From: Chloroflexaceae bacterium
GTDB taxonomy: Bacteria; Chloroflexota; Chloroflexia; Chloroflexales; Chloroflexaceae
Assembly: GCA_034437175.1 (NCBI GenBank)
Contig: DAOTUJ010000155.1
Location: 10,558 to 74,557 of the forward strand
Length of the DNA stretch: 64,000 nucleotides
Direction: 5' to 3'
Shown here: piece after piece, positions 62,942 through 64,000 of the stretch
Layout: every line of letters starts with the position of its first letter
Numbering within the stretch: the first letter of the stretch is position 1
Notes under the pieces: generated by a model
Database searches by the model: none
The model's input: only the letters and a program-made list of their open reading frames with translations
Told to the model about the DNA's origin: nothing
Position numbers and translations under genes: made by a program

Positions 62942-63868
62942 TTAGGGGCCGGGGGGCGGGGTTTGCGGATAGGCAATACCGGCCTCAATGCCCCATTGGA
63001 ACCAGTTGTTGACCACCGGCCCGGAAAGGATCACCCCGATTGCGCCGGTGACACCGCATAACCAGGCAAACCAGAAGGCCCAGAGGTGAATGCTGTAGGC
63101 ATTGGCATTAAAGCCCATCACCCAGCGCCAGAAGAGCTGGGCACGCTCAGTGCCGGTACCAGGCGCCTCAATTTCAGCCCATTCCTCGTGGGCGGCATAT
63201 TTCTCGAGCGACCAGATAGTCGCCGCGTGCATCGAGAGCAGCAGGGTCGAGCCGAGCAGGAAGAAAATCGAGAGCATGTGGAAGGGATTGTAGTAGAAAT
63301 TCCCATAACGCACACTCACATTATTCGTCCAGTCGAGCAGCGCCTTAATGCCGTGGGCCGGCGCTTCCGACCAATCCTGCATAACCATCGGACGGATGAC
63401 ATAGATCGCCAGGTAGAGAATGATCGCACCGGTAAAGCCATAAGCCAGATAAGGCCGAATACCAAGCGCCCGGGCACGAGTATAAATATGCATATACCAG
63501 GCAAAGATCGAAACCGTCAGAAAGAAGGTTGCAATCAGCCACCAGCCGCCCTGGTTAAGCGGAGCCCAGGCCAGGCCGAGAGAGGCCGGCGGCGGATCGA
63601 GTTGCAAAACGACAAAATATTTAGCGAAGGCGACTGGATTAAAGCCGACCTGTTGCAACATCGTCGCGAGCCAGATGAAAGTAAAAACACCGCCGGTTGC
63701 ATACGCAACCGCATTCCAGAAACCGAGGTAAAACGGGCCAAGCTGTGAGTCAAAGCCCAGATTCTCCAGAACTGGAACGTAGAACGGCTTCGTAATGCGT
63801 CCGTCGCGCGTCCCAAGTTGCAGATCGCCACTTGGATCGCCGCCGGAAGTCATGCCAGCTGTAGCCAT
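62942..63868 (-). CDS. pufM: photosynthetic reaction centre subunit M (type II, Chloroflexus type)
   Basis: It is near-collinear with Chloroflexus PufM as I remember it (LENLGFDSQLGPFYLGFWNAVAY, YGNFYYNPFHMLSIFFLLGSTLLL, TGTERAQLFWRW). An AGGAGG SD precedes the ATG. Confidence 0.95.
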   Translation of the reverse strand: MATAGMTSGGDPSGDLQLGTRDGRITKPFYVPVLENLGFDSQLGPFYLGFWNAVAYATGGVFTFIWLATMLQQVGFNPVAFAKYFVVLQLDPPPASLGLAWAPLNQGGWWLIATFFLTVSIFAWYMHIYTRARALGIRPYLAYGFTGAIILYLAIYVIRPMVMQDWSEAPAHGIKALLDWTNNVSVRYGNFYYNPFHMLSIFFLLGSTLLLSMHAATIWSLEKYAAHEEWAEIEAPGTGTERAQLFWRWVMGFNANAYSIHLWAFWFAWLCGVTGAIGVILSGPVVNNWFQWGIEAGIAYPQTPPPGP

Positions 63869-63886
63869 TTGCGTTCCTCCTTAACG

Positions 63887-64000
63887 ATTAAACCCCGCTC
63901 CACCAGGGCAAGTTATTCCAGAAGTTCCAGAAAGACACCCAATCCTGTACCGGCCAGCCCGAGAGCAAAATACAGAGATTAGCCGAGAGGATGCCACCAG
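63887..64000 (-). CDS. pufL: photosynthetic reaction centre subunit L, C-terminal end (rest outside window)
   Basis: The minus-strand frame translates to ...GGILSANLCILLSGWPVQDWVSFWNFWNNLPWWSGV*. This matches the Chloroflexus PufL C-terminus. The stop lies 18 nt upstream of the pufM ATG. Confidence 0.9.

Overview
GC-rich, densely coding chromosomal segment. It most likely comes from a filamentous anoxygenic phototroph of the Chloroflexus lineage. The basis is the 3' end, which carries separate Chloroflexus-type reaction-centre genes pufL (partial) and pufM that I recognise by sequence.

I call 52 protein-coding genes and recognised no rRNA, tRNA, CRISPR array, transposase or integrase. All family assignments are by eye and from memory, and start codons are often uncertain.

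Coding content:
- Central metabolism: glpX, pgl, glnA, mtnP, a polyprenyl synthase and a Mo-bisPGD oxidoreductase.
- Coenzyme F420 cluster: cofE, a free-standing nitroreductase-like gene, cofD and cofC, plus an Fgd-like LLM oxidoreductase.
- Firmicute-like block clpC-radA-PIN/TRAM, followed by dtd.
- rpsA and a DEAD-box helicase.
- Many signalling genes: three two-component pairs, a REC-GGDEF-GGDEF protein, an RsbT/W-like kinase + PP2C + GAF kinase operon, a Crp/Fnr regulator and an ECF-like sigma factor.
- Envelope genes: two MGD-like GT28 glycosyltransferases, two GT-C paralogues (one fused to an NHL propeller), a sortase, a VanW protein and large secreted repeat proteins.

Non-coding structure is the most unusual aspect:
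- A family of long, near-perfect palindromes shares a GATGTTGC(N)GC-GAA/TTC-GC(N)GCAACATC core. Related mosaic modules lie in at least six intergenic regions.
- A 54-nt block is shared by two unrelated upstream regions.
- Very long perfect palindromes, lacking clear U-tracts, act as apparent terminators.
- An 11-bp palindrome, TGTCATTGACA, occurs three times in 650 bp and overlaps the -35 box of two promoters.

Those two promoters drive the best candidate for something undescribed. This is a tandem pair of paralogous ~88-aa proteins with an invariant WHYxGCxTAxCIADEWD block, lying convergent to pufLM.

Other leads:
- A sensor-less HisKA_3 kinase / NarL regulator coupled to a tiny membrane protein with a poly-arginine tail.
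- A consensus-like CRP box at about -41.5 of the Crp/Fnr gene.
- An orphan HerA-like ATPase.
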